64,000 nucleotides of DNA from Candidatus Latescibacterota bacterium (GTDB lineage Bacteria; Latescibacterota; UBA2968; GCA-2709665), in the NCBI GenBank assembly GCA_965226795.1, contig CBDDDZ010000002.1, forward strand, positions 621,897 through 685,896, in the 5' to 3' direction. The notes under the pieces are model-generated. The model saw only the letters and a list, made by a program, of their open reading frames with translations, was not told the DNA's origin and did no database searches. A program made the translations under genes and the position numbers. Of this stretch, positions 10,110 through 20,038 are shown one piece after another (the stretch's first letter is position 1; each line of letters begins with the position of its first letter).

Positions 10110-10255
10110 GTTGAGCCAGTCGAAGCGTGGTCATTGAGCTTGTCGAAATGCCCGCATATATACAACAAGCAGATATTTTAGAGAGCGCTAATGTTTCGTT
10201 ACCCTTCGCCGACCCTTCGACAAGCTCAGGGAGCGGCTCAGAGTGCGGGCTCAGC
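10110..10255. repeat. CTTCGACAAGCTCAG-type REP-like palindromes around a possible decayed GIY-YIG gene start
   Basis: ttgagccagtcgaag, ttgagcttgtcgaaa and cccttcgacaagctcaggg (10213-10231); the enclosed frame reads MPAYI...ILESAN. Confidence 0.6.
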
Positions 10256-10304
10256 GTCGGTCTGCCGGAGGGACGGTGCGCGAAGAGAAACTATGAAATA
10301 GTCC

Positions 10305-10334
10305 TTGACAAACCGCAAAATCGTAACGTATTTT
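10305..10334 (+). promoter_or_regulatory. Putative sigma70 promoter of the TonB receptor operon
   Basis: TTGACA-N18-TATTTT in an AT-rich stretch. Confidence 0.45.
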
Positions 10335-10490
10335 AAATAGTAGAAATTTCTTAGGACGGCGTTGCATGTTGCAACAGGATACATTGTTTCGCGATCGGTG
10401 CGGAATAGTAATTCTCGAGTTTCCAGGCGGAATTTCACTCGATTCTCGCTCTGGATCTTTAGGTAATACATATGGATGGGGGATACCGGA

Positions 10491-13400
10491 ATGGACAGGC
10501 CGAAGACTAATCTGGTTGTCACGTTAGCGATCCTTACGGTTTTTGCGTTATCCGGCGCGGCGTTGGCCGGTACTACGGGCAAAATCGTTGGAACGGTGAT
10601 CGACGAGAACGGGGAGCCGCTGCCCGGCGCCAGTGTGGTCCTCGAAGGGACGCGGCTGGGCGCTTCCACGGATGCCGAGGGGTTCTACATTATTCTTTCC
10701 GCCGATCCGGCAATGTACAAGATGACGGCTTCGATGGTTGGCTACCATTCGGTGACACAGGAGCAGATCCAGGTCCGGTCGGATTTCACCGTGACGCTGG
10801 ATTTTCGGCTTCGTGAACAGGAGTTGGAGTTGGAGGAGATGGTTGTCGTTGCTGAAGCCCCTCCCGTGGAGCCGGACAAGACGGAGAGCCGGTACGTGGT
10901 GACCGCCCAGGATATCGCGCGGACGCCAATTCTCAGAGACCCCTCCGAGTTTGTCGCGCTGGAGGCGGGTGTGGCGGTGGACGGCAGCGGCGTTATTCGC
11001 GGCGGTCAGGTGGAAGACAATCTGATCTACGTGGACGGCGTGCGGCTGCAGAGCCAGGACGGGCGCGCCGGACCCACGTCATCCGGAAGGCAGTGGTGGG
11101 GCGCCAACGTAAAGGCGTTGCAGGAGGTCTCCGTGATCACCGGCGGGATGAACGCCGAGTACGGAAACGCGCAGGCGGGTGTGGTGCAGATGGTGACGCG
11201 GGATGGAGGATCGACGTACCACGGGGAGGCCGAGTATCGGCTGACGCCCGGCGGCAAGAAACACTGGGGCGCCAACATATACGACGCGCCGGAACACCGC
11301 GGGCACATGCGGTGGAACGATCCCGCGTGGACATCCGAGGTGGATCCGGAGACCGGCGCGCTTGTTCACCAGCGCACAAACTATACGGATCAGCGGGGTC
11401 ACTATTTCGACGGATATCTCGGCGGCCCTCTCCTCCCGGAAACGTCCTTTTTCATCAGTTCGCGGCACCGCCGGGATGCCGCGGCATTTCCGGGGGCATG
11501 GTCTGTTCTTCCGTTCAATTCCCGGAACACGGCAAAGTTGACCATCCGGGCGCACGATAGTGTCAAGATGCAAATCGGGTGGATTCACGACCGTTGGAAG
11601 ACTTTCAACAACGGCGGGCTGGGCGGGACAACCCCGTCTGTCAGCAACGTGCTCAGGGGCCCGGGCCGCGACATTTTTCTGCCCGAAGGGTCGCCCGCGG
11701 GGGAAACGGTCAACACCGAGAACGTCGTCTATGGCGTGATAACGCACACGGTCAGCCCACGGACCTTCTACGAATTGAGACTTTCGCGGTATCAGAGCAC
11801 ACAGGATACCAGCGGCGTTTCGAACACGACGGCGGACATAGGAAGCGATTCGGATGGCTGGTTCTACACCGGCCGGGCGGACGTTCGCGCGTATACCTTC
11901 GGCAAACAGACACGGAGCGGTCTGAAGTTCGACCTGTCAAGCCAACTCACGAAAACGCATTTCTACAAGATCGGGATCGATTTCACGGGCTATAGCAATC
12001 ATTTCATTCGTGAAGGCAACACACCCGGTGACGCGCGGAAACAGATCCTGTATATTGGCAACCCGGAACCCGGAACGCCTATCGAGCCCAAGCAGTTCGC
12101 GGCCTATATCCAGGACAAGATGGAGTTCGAGGGTTTCATTGTAAACGCCGGTATCCGCTACGACCGCTTCTGGGGCGCCGACGTCCCGGTGATGGGGGCG
12201 TTGCGGGCGTTCCAGTACACGACGATGTCGCGGTATCTTACGGCGCCCAGGTACCCCATGAAGCCCCTCGTGAACTGGAGTCCTCGGTTGGGTATCTCCC
12301 ACCCGATCACGTACAGGTCGAGCCTCCATTTCTTCTACGGTCATTTCTACCAGTTGCCGAGTTTTTATCAGATGTTCCACGACCAGTGGTTCGGCTCGGG
12401 CGACGGGATACCGGGCATCGGCTTCAGCGAATACACCAGCCACTACCGTCCGGCAACCACGTCCATTGCGCGGCCGATGTGGGACAATACGGCGCGAACG
12501 ATCAGCTTCGAACTGGGCGCCGACTGGAACTTCGTGTCCGACTATACCCTCGCGCTGGCGACGTTCTATAAGAGCGCTTCGTTCCAGGAAACCGGGGGTT
12601 GGGACGTGTTCCTGTACCCGGAGTTGCGTGGGGCGGGCGTCCGCCTCCGCCAGCGGCTCACCAGCAGCCTGTCCAATATCCGCCTTGAAGACACGCGGGG
12701 CCTGGAATTCAGCTTGAGGAAGGGTTTCAGCCACTACTTCTCGTTCCGCGCGGCCCTCAACCTGGCCTGGAGCGACTACAGCCTCGGAGGGGGCGGCACC
12801 GTCAGCAACGGCGCAACAGTGATACCGGATTCGAATTACATTGCCAGCGGCAATTATTTCTTCGCGTGGGAGGTCGCGGGCGGCTCGGAGCGTCCGGTTA
12901 CCCTTACGGATGAACAGATCCGGATCATCGGTCACGGCGCCAACGAAGCCATAAAAGCCGCACAGGCGGACCGGCGGGTCGCTGGAGGTTACGTCTACGA
13001 CATGTCGACAAACAAGGACGCCATCGTGCCCACGTGGGAGGAAAACTGGTTATCCGAAGCGGCCGCCGAGGGGTCCCGGGGCCTGTGGATCGTGCATGGA
13101 CACAGGGCGAATCCGGGCACGGACGTGGGCCGCCGGAGCCAGGGTAGTCTCCAGATGTTCCTGTCCACGCCGCAGGATTTCGGTACGGGGCCGAATATTG
13201 CGGGAAGCACGCTTCTGGGGGGCATCAACGCCAACCTGATCTACCGGATCTATACCGGATCGCAGTTTACGTATCTGGTCCTGGACGGTACGCGCCAGGT
13301 AGCGCGAGGACCATTGCGCACGGCTATGGATCTGAACTTGCAGAAACGCTTCGAAATCGGTCGGGCCAATGCCGACGTGTTCCTGGAGGTCTTCAATCTG

Positions 13401-13568
13401 TTCAACCAGCAGGACGCGTTGGCCTCGGGAACCGACTATATGTGGTGGGGGCTGCAGACGCCCCGGCCGAACGATGCGAACTATCTCAATTACGGCGATT
13501 TTCAGGATCGCAGCCGGTATATCGGCGAACCCCGGATAACGCACGTGGGTATTCGAATCCGGTTTTAA
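10491..13568 (+). CDS. TonB-dependent receptor with N-terminal carboxypeptidase-regulatory-like domain
   Basis: Signal peptide, GTTGKIVGTV..GEPLPGASV, plug motifs IRGG and TGGMNAEYGNA, SPRLGISHPI, C-terminal Phe. Confidence 0.92.
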   Translation: MDRPKTNLVVTLAILTVFALSGAALAGTTGKIVGTVIDENGEPLPGASVVLEGTRLGASTDAEGFYIILSADPAMYKMTASMVGYHSVTQEQIQVRSDFTVTLDFRLREQELELEEMVVVAEAPPVEPDKTESRYVVTAQDIARTPILRDPSEFVALEAGVAVDGSGVIRGGQVEDNLIYVDGVRLQSQDGRAGPTSSGRQWWGANVKALQEVSVITGGMNAEYGNAQAGVVQMVTRDGGSTYHGEAEYRLTPGGKKHWGANIYDAPEHRGHMRWNDPAWTSEVDPETGALVHQRTNYTDQRGHYFDGYLGGPLLPETSFFISSRHRRDAAAFPGAWSVLPFNSRNTAKLTIRAHDSVKMQIGWIHDRWKTFNNGGLGGTTPSVSNVLRGPGRDIFLPEGSPAGETVNTENVVYGVITHTVSPRTFYELRLSRYQSTQDTSGVSNTTADIGSDSDGWFYTGRADVRAYTFGKQTRSGLKFDLSSQLTKTHFYKIGIDFTGYSNHFIREGNTPGDARKQILYIGNPEPGTPIEPKQFAAYIQDKMEFEGFIVNAGIRYDRFWGADVPVMGALRAFQYTTMSRYLTAPRYPMKPLVNWSPRLGISHPITYRSSLHFFYGHFYQLPSFYQMFHDQWFGSGDGIPGIGFSEYTSHYRPATTSIARPMWDNTARTISFELGADWNFVSDYTLALATFYKSASFQETGGWDVFLYPELRGAGVRLRQRLTSSLSNIRLEDTRGLEFSLRKGFSHYFSFRAALNLAWSDYSLGGGGTVSNGATVIPDSNYIASGNYFFAWEVAGGSERPVTLTDEQIRIIGHGANEAIKAAQADRRVAGGYVYDMSTNKDAIVPTWEENWLSEAAAEGSRGLWIVHGHRANPGTDVGRRSQGSLQMFLSTPQDFGTGPNIAGSTLLGGINANLIYRIYTGSQFTYLVLDGTRQVARGPLRTAMDLNLQKRFEIGRANADVFLEVFNLFNQQDALASGTDYMWWGLQTPRPNDANYLNYGDFQDRSRYIGEPRITHVGIRIRF

Positions 13569-13668
13569 GTCATCCGGGTAACAACGCCTGCGGATGAACT
13601 CTTTTTCAGACAGCCCGGACAAACCGGATGCGGGAACAACTCATGCTGACACGAAGGAGACCTGGGAG

Positions 13669-15975
13669 ATGATCAAGTTTCCGAAGATCGAGGCGATAAC
13701 AGTGCTTCTTGCGCTGCTTCTGTGCGTGCCGGACCCCGCGGCGGCACAGGAGAACCACAGGTTCCAGACGCGCGCGAAGGTGTGGGACATGTTCTGGAAC
13801 TATGGCACCCAGGGCGTTTCCGAAGATCCGGACGCCTGGTTGAGCTATTACCGCCAGATGGGCATGCAATATCCGGGTGTGTGGACCCGACAGTATTCCA
13901 CGGAATTCCAGGACTACTGGGGAGAGCGGAACTGGGGTTCGCTTCATCCGGCCTATGCCGCCCTTTTCGAATCGACGGCCACGATGCCCGGTTTCAGCAC
14001 GTACATAGCAACGCGCGCGTCGGACGATCCCGACGGCGAATACTACGTGTCCGTGTCGAAGCCTCGCGCCATAACGGACGACATCAGGATGATGTCATAC
14101 GATGCGTCCATGGGGCCGGAGGCGACTATCGGGTACCCGAACTATTCTCCCGTAGGGCCCGCGATGGCCAACTGGTGGCCGGGGCAGCCCCCGGTAGAAA
14201 GCAGGTACGTCACCGAGATTCACAACTACCGGTACGGCCAGTATATGGATCCCGATAAAGATACGTTCCCCGAGAGCCTTCTCATTATGCGTTATACCAC
14301 GAAGCGGGGGATCACGGTAACCAAAAAGGTCTATACCTGGAGTTATCCGGACTACGACGACTTTCAAATTATGGAATACGAGTTCGAGAACACCGGAGAC
14401 TCCGACGGAGACGGTTCGGCCGACCTTAACGGCGGTGCCGGACTGCAACTGAACGACACCTTTTTCGCCTTTTCGGTGCGATTTTTCATCTCCCAGGCAG
14501 GGCACGGGTGGATGAACTACGATGCGTGGTACCGAAACACCAAATCGACCGACAACGACGACTGGTTCAAGTTCACCGAGGCGGCCAATTACGACGGCCC
14601 GGCCCTGGGTATGGGCATGAAAATGTGGTACGCCTTCGACGGGGACAACCCGCTCACGCCGGGCGACGACCTGGGCAAGCCATACAACCCTGCCACGGCA
14701 AACCCGGGCTATGTCGGGCGGCCATCGCAGGTGCGGGTACCGGGGGAGTTAACGGCATTTCAGTACACAGGATTCGCGCCCATCGCTTACCGGCCGTCAA
14801 CCTCGAACGATCCGGGCACCTTTTCCTACGACACGAATGGCGACAACAGCTACGTCGCCCCCAGAATGGACGATCAGCCCCATACGGTCAGATGGTGGGA
14901 ATACCGGAACCGCGGCGACTTCGACGAGCCGGATCAGGGCAATCATTCCTTCCAGGAAATCTATGAAATGCTGGCGGGCGCCGAATCCGATATCAAAGAT
15001 AATCCACCGGTGGTCGGGGCCTGGCATGGGTCGATCGCTTACGGTCCATACGATCTCGCGCCCGGCGACAAGGCCAAATTCGTTTTCGTTCTGGCCGCGG
15101 CCGCGCCCGCGGAAGAGAATATCTGGGGCTGGGCCAAGCTGGGCAACCAGGATGAGATGCGTACGGACAAGGCTTTCAACAACCTGGTCAAGCACGTCGA
15201 CAAGGCCAAGGAAGCCTTTCAGTGGAACTACGACCTTCCCGACGCGCCCCCCGACGTGAAGGTCGACGTGAGCGTGACGACGGAAGGCTTCATTTCTCTC
15301 GGCTGGGATGGCACGGCCGACGACGCGGTCAACCCCGACTACTCGGGTGAGGAGGCCAGGGATGTGAGCGGCTACCGGGTATACCGCTCGCTCTTCAAAC
15401 GCGACGCCTGGGAATTGATGCAGGAAATCCCGTTAAAGGCAGATCCGTTTTACAGCGGCGGCAAGTACGAGTTTGTTGATACGAAATCGATTGCGGGATT
15501 CCTGTACGACTACAGTGTCCGCACGTACAGCGAGGCGCACAGCGACTGGAACGGCACCGGAATCGCCATACCCTCTCTGGAAAGCGGGAACAGTTCACCC
15601 GAGCAGTGGGTGAATGGCGTCAAGGTTTCGACCCCCTATGTCCCGTCCACGGCGCAGTCCGACCAACTGGATCGAAAGGTGATTGTGACCCCCAATCCAT
15701 ACCGGGACGACGGCGCTCACGCCTACGAGACCAAAGGCCAGATCCGATTCCTGAACATCCCGCGGAAGTGCCAGATCAGGATATATACGGTGGCCGGGGA
15801 TCTGATGGCAGAGGTGAATCACGACGACCAGGGGCGGGGCGAGACCACCTGGAGCCAGACAACCATCGACAACGTCGGTTCGGCTTCCGCCGGCGTGTAC
15901 TTTTACGTGGTCGAATCGCTGGTGGATGGGACAACCGGAAAAATTCAACGGGGAATATTCGTAATCAGCAAGTGA
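13669..15975 (+). CDS. Large secreted protein with a C-terminal T9SS-like sorting domain
   Basis: Signal peptide; C-terminal VTPNPY..IRFLNIP..IRIYTVAGDL..SAGVYFYVV. Confidence 0.8.
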   Translation: MIKFPKIEAITVLLALLLCVPDPAAAQENHRFQTRAKVWDMFWNYGTQGVSEDPDAWLSYYRQMGMQYPGVWTRQYSTEFQDYWGERNWGSLHPAYAALFESTATMPGFSTYIATRASDDPDGEYYVSVSKPRAITDDIRMMSYDASMGPEATIGYPNYSPVGPAMANWWPGQPPVESRYVTEIHNYRYGQYMDPDKDTFPESLLIMRYTTKRGITVTKKVYTWSYPDYDDFQIMEYEFENTGDSDGDGSADLNGGAGLQLNDTFFAFSVRFFISQAGHGWMNYDAWYRNTKSTDNDDWFKFTEAANYDGPALGMGMKMWYAFDGDNPLTPGDDLGKPYNPATANPGYVGRPSQVRVPGELTAFQYTGFAPIAYRPSTSNDPGTFSYDTNGDNSYVAPRMDDQPHTVRWWEYRNRGDFDEPDQGNHSFQEIYEMLAGAESDIKDNPPVVGAWHGSIAYGPYDLAPGDKAKFVFVLAAAAPAEENIWGWAKLGNQDEMRTDKAFNNLVKHVDKAKEAFQWNYDLPDAPPDVKVDVSVTTEGFISLGWDGTADDAVNPDYSGEEARDVSGYRVYRSLFKRDAWELMQEIPLKADPFYSGGKYEFVDTKSIAGFLYDYSVRTYSEAHSDWNGTGIAIPSLESGNSSPEQWVNGVKVSTPYVPSTAQSDQLDRKVIVTPNPYRDDGAHAYETKGQIRFLNIPRKCQIRIYTVAGDLMAEVNHDDQGRGETTWSQTTIDNVGSASAGVYFYVVESLVDGTTGKIQRGIFVISK

Positions 15976-16056
15976 GACGGCCGAATTACCGAGTCAGGGA
16001 TTCTCGATTCGCCTTCTCGTCGAACCGCCAAACAGAAACGGAGAAGGAACAAACCT

Positions 16057-17010
16057 ATGAAACGGATCTTGTGGATTGGAATCGTGGCGTGCGCGGGATA
16101 CGCGATGCTGTTTCCCGAGGGTGCCTACTGCGACACGCAGAAGCGGCTCGGTCAGGCCGTATTCTCCGTGCACAAGGTGGACCATGGGGCGCGTGTCGCG
16201 GGCATGGGCGGGGCGTTTACGGCCATCGCCGACGACATCAGCACCATCTTTGTGAACCCGGCCGGACTCACCAATGTCGAAGAGATGGAATATACCCTTT
16301 CGTACACCCGCTGGCTCGTCGATACCCGATTCTATTCGGGTGCGCTCGCCTACAATACGGCCCGCGGTGTGGTCGGGTTGTCCGTGATGGCGTTTTCGGT
16401 TCCGGACGTGGAGGAGACCACCATTTATCAACCGATCGGGACCGGCAGAATGCTGGAAATCGGTGATTTCAGCATCGGCGGTTCCTACGCGACGAAGTTG
16501 ACCGATAAGCTCTCGTTCGGATTTCAGGTGAGGTGGACGCAGGAAACCATCGACGTGGACAGGTTGACCGGTGTGGATGTCAATTTCGGCACCACGTTCA
16601 ACACCGGATTCAGAAGCCTTCGGCTCGGGATGGCGTTCAAGAACCTGGGCAAAGACATTAAGGCCCGTGAAATCAACTACCAGATGCCGGTTGCGTTCGA
16701 CTTTGGGTTCGCGGTGGAAGTCTTCGGCGAAAAGGGCAGCGACGCCACCTATCTGACGCTTACGGGAGAGAGCCACTACGCGACGGATTACTCCGAGCCG
16801 CGGTATCGTTTGGGCGGCGAACTCTGGCTACAGAACGCATTCGCATTGCGCGCCGGTGTGAAACCCGGATACGATACAGAGGTGTACAGTTTGGGTCTGG
16901 GGTTGAAGGTCAAGCCCATCGAGGGCAAGGTCGTCCGCGTCGATTTCGCGTACAGCGAGGGAAACGATTTCGATCCACCGCTTCGCTTCAGCGTGAGCGG
17001 ATCGTTCTGA
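16057..17010 (+). CDS. PorV/PorQ family outer-membrane beta-barrel protein
   Basis: GARVAGMGGAFTAIADD..NPAGL, SYTRWLVD, C-terminal Phe. Confidence 0.88.
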   Translation: MKRILWIGIVACAGYAMLFPEGAYCDTQKRLGQAVFSVHKVDHGARVAGMGGAFTAIADDISTIFVNPAGLTNVEEMEYTLSYTRWLVDTRFYSGALAYNTARGVVGLSVMAFSVPDVEETTIYQPIGTGRMLEIGDFSIGGSYATKLTDKLSFGFQVRWTQETIDVDRLTGVDVNFGTTFNTGFRSLRLGMAFKNLGKDIKAREINYQMPVAFDFGFAVEVFGEKGSDATYLTLTGESHYATDYSEPRYRLGGELWLQNAFALRAGVKPGYDTEVYSLGLGLKVKPIEGKVVRVDFAYSEGNDFDPPLRFSVSGSF

Positions 17011-17128
17011 CCGCTCAAGTGTATGTGGTTTCACTTTCGGACAACGACCGTGAAGTAAATGGCGTACACTACGATATAGAGATTTCTCAGGGCCTCGAGG
17101 ATCGGTTGTTGGTGCATTTACGCGACTT

Positions 17129-17158
17129 AAAATACCCCGGTATTGCCGGGGTATTTTT
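17129..17158. terminator. Bidirectional intrinsic terminator
   Basis: aaaataccccgg-tattg-ccggggtattttt between convergent units. Confidence 0.75.
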
Positions 17159-17511
17159 CTTCATTGAGCCGGGCCGGGTCGTTCATGCCGGCGCTTCCCC
17201 ACCCACTCGCATTATCCCTACCGCGCTCGCCATGACTGTCGCAAAATGCACCTAAACGTAGCAAGATGCGACACCTCCACTGTCGCGCTTTTTCGGCACT
17301 TCCTGTAAGTTGTTGAAATATGATGAAAAGATGTATTGACGAATATTTCGACCGTAGATGAAAGCAGTTCAGTGACTATCGATGATTCAGGATTTTTTCT
17401 GAACAACCGTGCATCACATCCGTATGTCAGGCACGATTTACAGATCGACGTTCAGTCCGAGTGAATAGAACAACCCGCCCGTATCTAAACCGTTCAGAGT
17501 GATTAGGTCCG

Positions 17512-17745
17512 TTAACGCCGCCCTCTCATTCTGCGTCTCTGGTCTCTGATGAGTGTGACGACTTCACTCGTCGAGATGTCCGCCTCGATGGAGGGCACAT
17601 CCAGAGGCGAGGCGGTGGGGCGTTCCGGCACCAGGGCATAAATCCTGCCGTCTTTTCTGCGTATAAGGACCTTCCCCGTTGACTCGGCTTTGTCAAGCAC
17701 GCGCGAGAAATTCTGTCTGGCTTCCGAGTACGTATATACGTCCAT
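17512..17745 (-). CDS. Phd/YefM family antitoxin
   Basis: MDVYTYSEARQNFSRVLDKAE..GKVLIRRKDG. Confidence 0.88.
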   Translation of the reverse strand: MDVYTYSEARQNFSRVLDKAESTGKVLIRRKDGRIYALVPERPTASPLDVPSIEADISTSEVVTLIRDQRRRMRGRR

Positions 17746-17746
17746 C

Positions 17747-18145
17747 TTACACCTCCAGACTAACAAGATTGACGCCCAGTGCGCCTGCGGCCCGGCTTAG
17801 TGTTCGATCCAGCGTCAATAAAGGCGCCGCATGCCGCAAGGCGCAGTCCAGGAAGTACGCATCGTATGCGTACGCGTTTACCTGGGCCGCGATGGACAGA
17901 ACATTCGCCATGTCGACGCTCACGTATTGCAGCGGGATGCTGTCGAGTATCTTCAGAGCCCGGTGTGCATCCGCGACACCGACGCAACGCTGCTTGATCA
18001 TCGCCGAGAAAGCATTTCCAATTTCCCAGGGTATGGAGCCGGGGCCGATTAGTGTATGCCCCGATGTGGCCGCGACAATCGCGTCTCGTTCTGGTTCAGC
18101 TACGATTACCGCGATGATCGCTGAAGTGTCAATCACAATATTCAC
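17747..18145 (-). CDS. vapC: PIN-domain (VapC) toxin
   Basis: IVIDTSAIIA..E, WEIGNA, YAYDAYFL, LLTLD acidic residues. Confidence 0.9.
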   Translation of the reverse strand: MNIVIDTSAIIAVIVAEPERDAIVAATSGHTLIGPGSIPWEIGNAFSAMIKQRCVGVADAHRALKILDSIPLQYVSVDMANVLSIAAQVNAYAYDAYFLDCALRHAAPLLTLDRTLSRAAGALGVNLVSLEV

Positions 18146-18167
18146 TGTAGGCTCCTCTAGACAAAGT

Positions 18168-18197
18168 CAATTGTACAATTGTCAGAAGAAATGTCAA
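18168..18197 (-). promoter_or_regulatory. TA operon promoter with an overlapping palindromic operator
   Basis: Minus strand TTGACA(18197-18192)-N16-TACAAT(18175-18170); perfect palindrome CAATTGTACAATTG at 18168-18181. Confidence 0.75.
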
Positions 18198-18251
18198 GTG
18201 CTATAATGAATCGTATTGATCCGGGCGATCAAGCGGTAGCAAAAACTTGAA

Positions 18252-18304
18252 AAGGTGGAGCAGACATTCTTGTCTGCTCCACCTTCACACACGCTTCCTC
18301 AACG
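18252..18304. repeat. GTGG-type REP-like hairpin; related copies at 59228-59273, 62579-62625 and 62660-62688
   Basis: aaggtggagcagaca-ttct-tgtctgctccacctt followed by the shared tail cacacacgcttcctcaacg. Confidence 0.75.
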
Positions 18305-18681
18305 GGTCGACAAGCCATTGTGCGGGGGTGGAAGATAATAATTCTCTGGTCGATTTGTCTTGTGGCACGAAATTCACATTTTTCCCGTGTGCCACAAATT
18401 GTCAGTTTGTGGCACGTTTCGAAGACCGCGAGCGTGGAATTGGGCTTGACATTTGCCTTCCGCCGCGCAATATTGACGTCCCGGTTCTGCGAAACGTGAA
18501 AACGTAATGAGACGCGCCGTAATGGAATTTCGGTTGCCGATTCTTTGGAATTCGGTGGGTTTGGTTGATTCAGGCTTCTCGCGGGCTATGTAATGGCGGT
18601 GGGGCGCCGCTGTCGAATCGATACGGTGCCCGTACGCGTTCGATGTTCTTTATGGATTTTCATCGGATTTACGCCGTACGG

Positions 18682-18711
18682 ACGGCAGCCTTTTCGGGCT
18701 GCCGTTTCTTT
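18682..18711 (+). terminator. Intrinsic terminator, possibly an attenuator
   Basis: acggcagcc-ttttcg-ggctgccgt followed by ttcttt. Confidence 0.7.
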
Positions 18712-18956
18712 GACCGTTACCCGTCAGACCTGAGGTGAGTACCTTGAAGGCGATGCAATGTTGTGTCAACGCGGCTCAGGAGGAGCTTTGCATAGGGCGA
18801 TCCTGTTTTGCCACAATGCGTTCAATGTGGCGGGAACGGCGCGGGATGTGACTTCGGCCTGGAGCGTCTCCAATGTGTCTGCGTCTCAACCCATTACCCG
18901 GCATTCAGCCATTTGAAATAACTTATGTGGTATTGACGGATTGAGGAGGCGGCCCA

Positions 18957-19878
18957 ATGGCTAAAATGAGCGGCGGCGAAGCGTTCGTGAAATCTCTCGT
19001 GATGCAGGCCGCCGACGTGGTGATCGGAATCGGTGCACGCTTTTCACTGGGTAATCCGGCCGGCGAGTCATCCACACTGGTGAACATCAACATCGACGAC
19101 ACGGAACTCACCAGGGTCCAGTCCAACACCATCCCGCTGCATGGCGACGCCAGGGCGACCATCGAAGCGCTGCTTCCGTTCCTGTTGGCGTCGGGGGCGG
19201 GAGAGCGCCCGTCACCCGCCGAGGCGGTCGTAGCGGCCCGCAGCCTCATTGCCTACTACGACATCCGGCTCAAGGAGCCACAGTACGCGGTCCTGGAGGC
19301 GATGCAGACCGGCATCCCGGAGGACCGCTTACATCGTCTGGGACGTTACGCAATTCGGCTACTACGCCCGGACGCACTACCGGGTGAATCACCCGAAGAC
19401 GTACATCGACTCCGGTTACTCGTTCAACCTCGGATACGCCTTCCCGACGGCTCTGGGCGTGAAGGTCGCAAAACCAGGCCGCCCCGTGTTCTGCATAGCC
19501 GGAGACGGCGGCCTTATGTTCAATGCATCGGAACTCTCCACGGCTGTCCAGTACGGTATCAATCTGATAACCATTGTCTTCAGAGACGACGCCTACGGCA
19601 ACGTTGCCCGCGACCTGGACGAGGCGTTTGGCGGCGCCTACGGGACCGACCTGCACAACCCGGACTTCGTCAAGTTCGCCGAGTCGTTCGGTGCAGTCGG
19701 TTTGAGGGCGGACAGCCCATTGGATCTGGAAACGCTGATTCCTCTTGCGCTGGAGCGCAAAGCGCCGGTGGTCATCGACGTACCCTTCGGGGACATGCCG
19801 ATACCGCGCGCTCCCCAGATTTCGTTTGTCTACAACCTGCCCTGGACACATCCCCAGGAAGGCCTGATACAATCGTGA
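18957..19878 (+). pseudogene. Thiamine-pyrophosphate enzyme (acetolactate synthase-like) pseudogene
   Basis: N-terminal MSGGEAFVKSL is joined directly to central-domain AADVVIGIGARF; frameshift near 19325; TPP motif GDGG..ELSTA..YGNV is in the second frame. Confidence 0.85.
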
Positions 19879-20038
19879 CACGCCGGTTTCAGTCGTTAAT
19901 CGGGCACCGCCACGTGGGGTGACGCGTATCCGGAGCAGAAGTGACCGTTGGTGGCAATCCGAGTTCGGCTTTTGTTCAACAAGGCCTCGGCGCGCGGTGG
20001 TCAATGTCCCGTCGCCGGGAATCGGGAGGAGATTCGCA

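Noticed and set aside
17019..17406. Small ORFs between the PorV-like gene and the TA pair
   Set aside because: One runs through the terminator hairpin; neither has a clear RBS or family motif.
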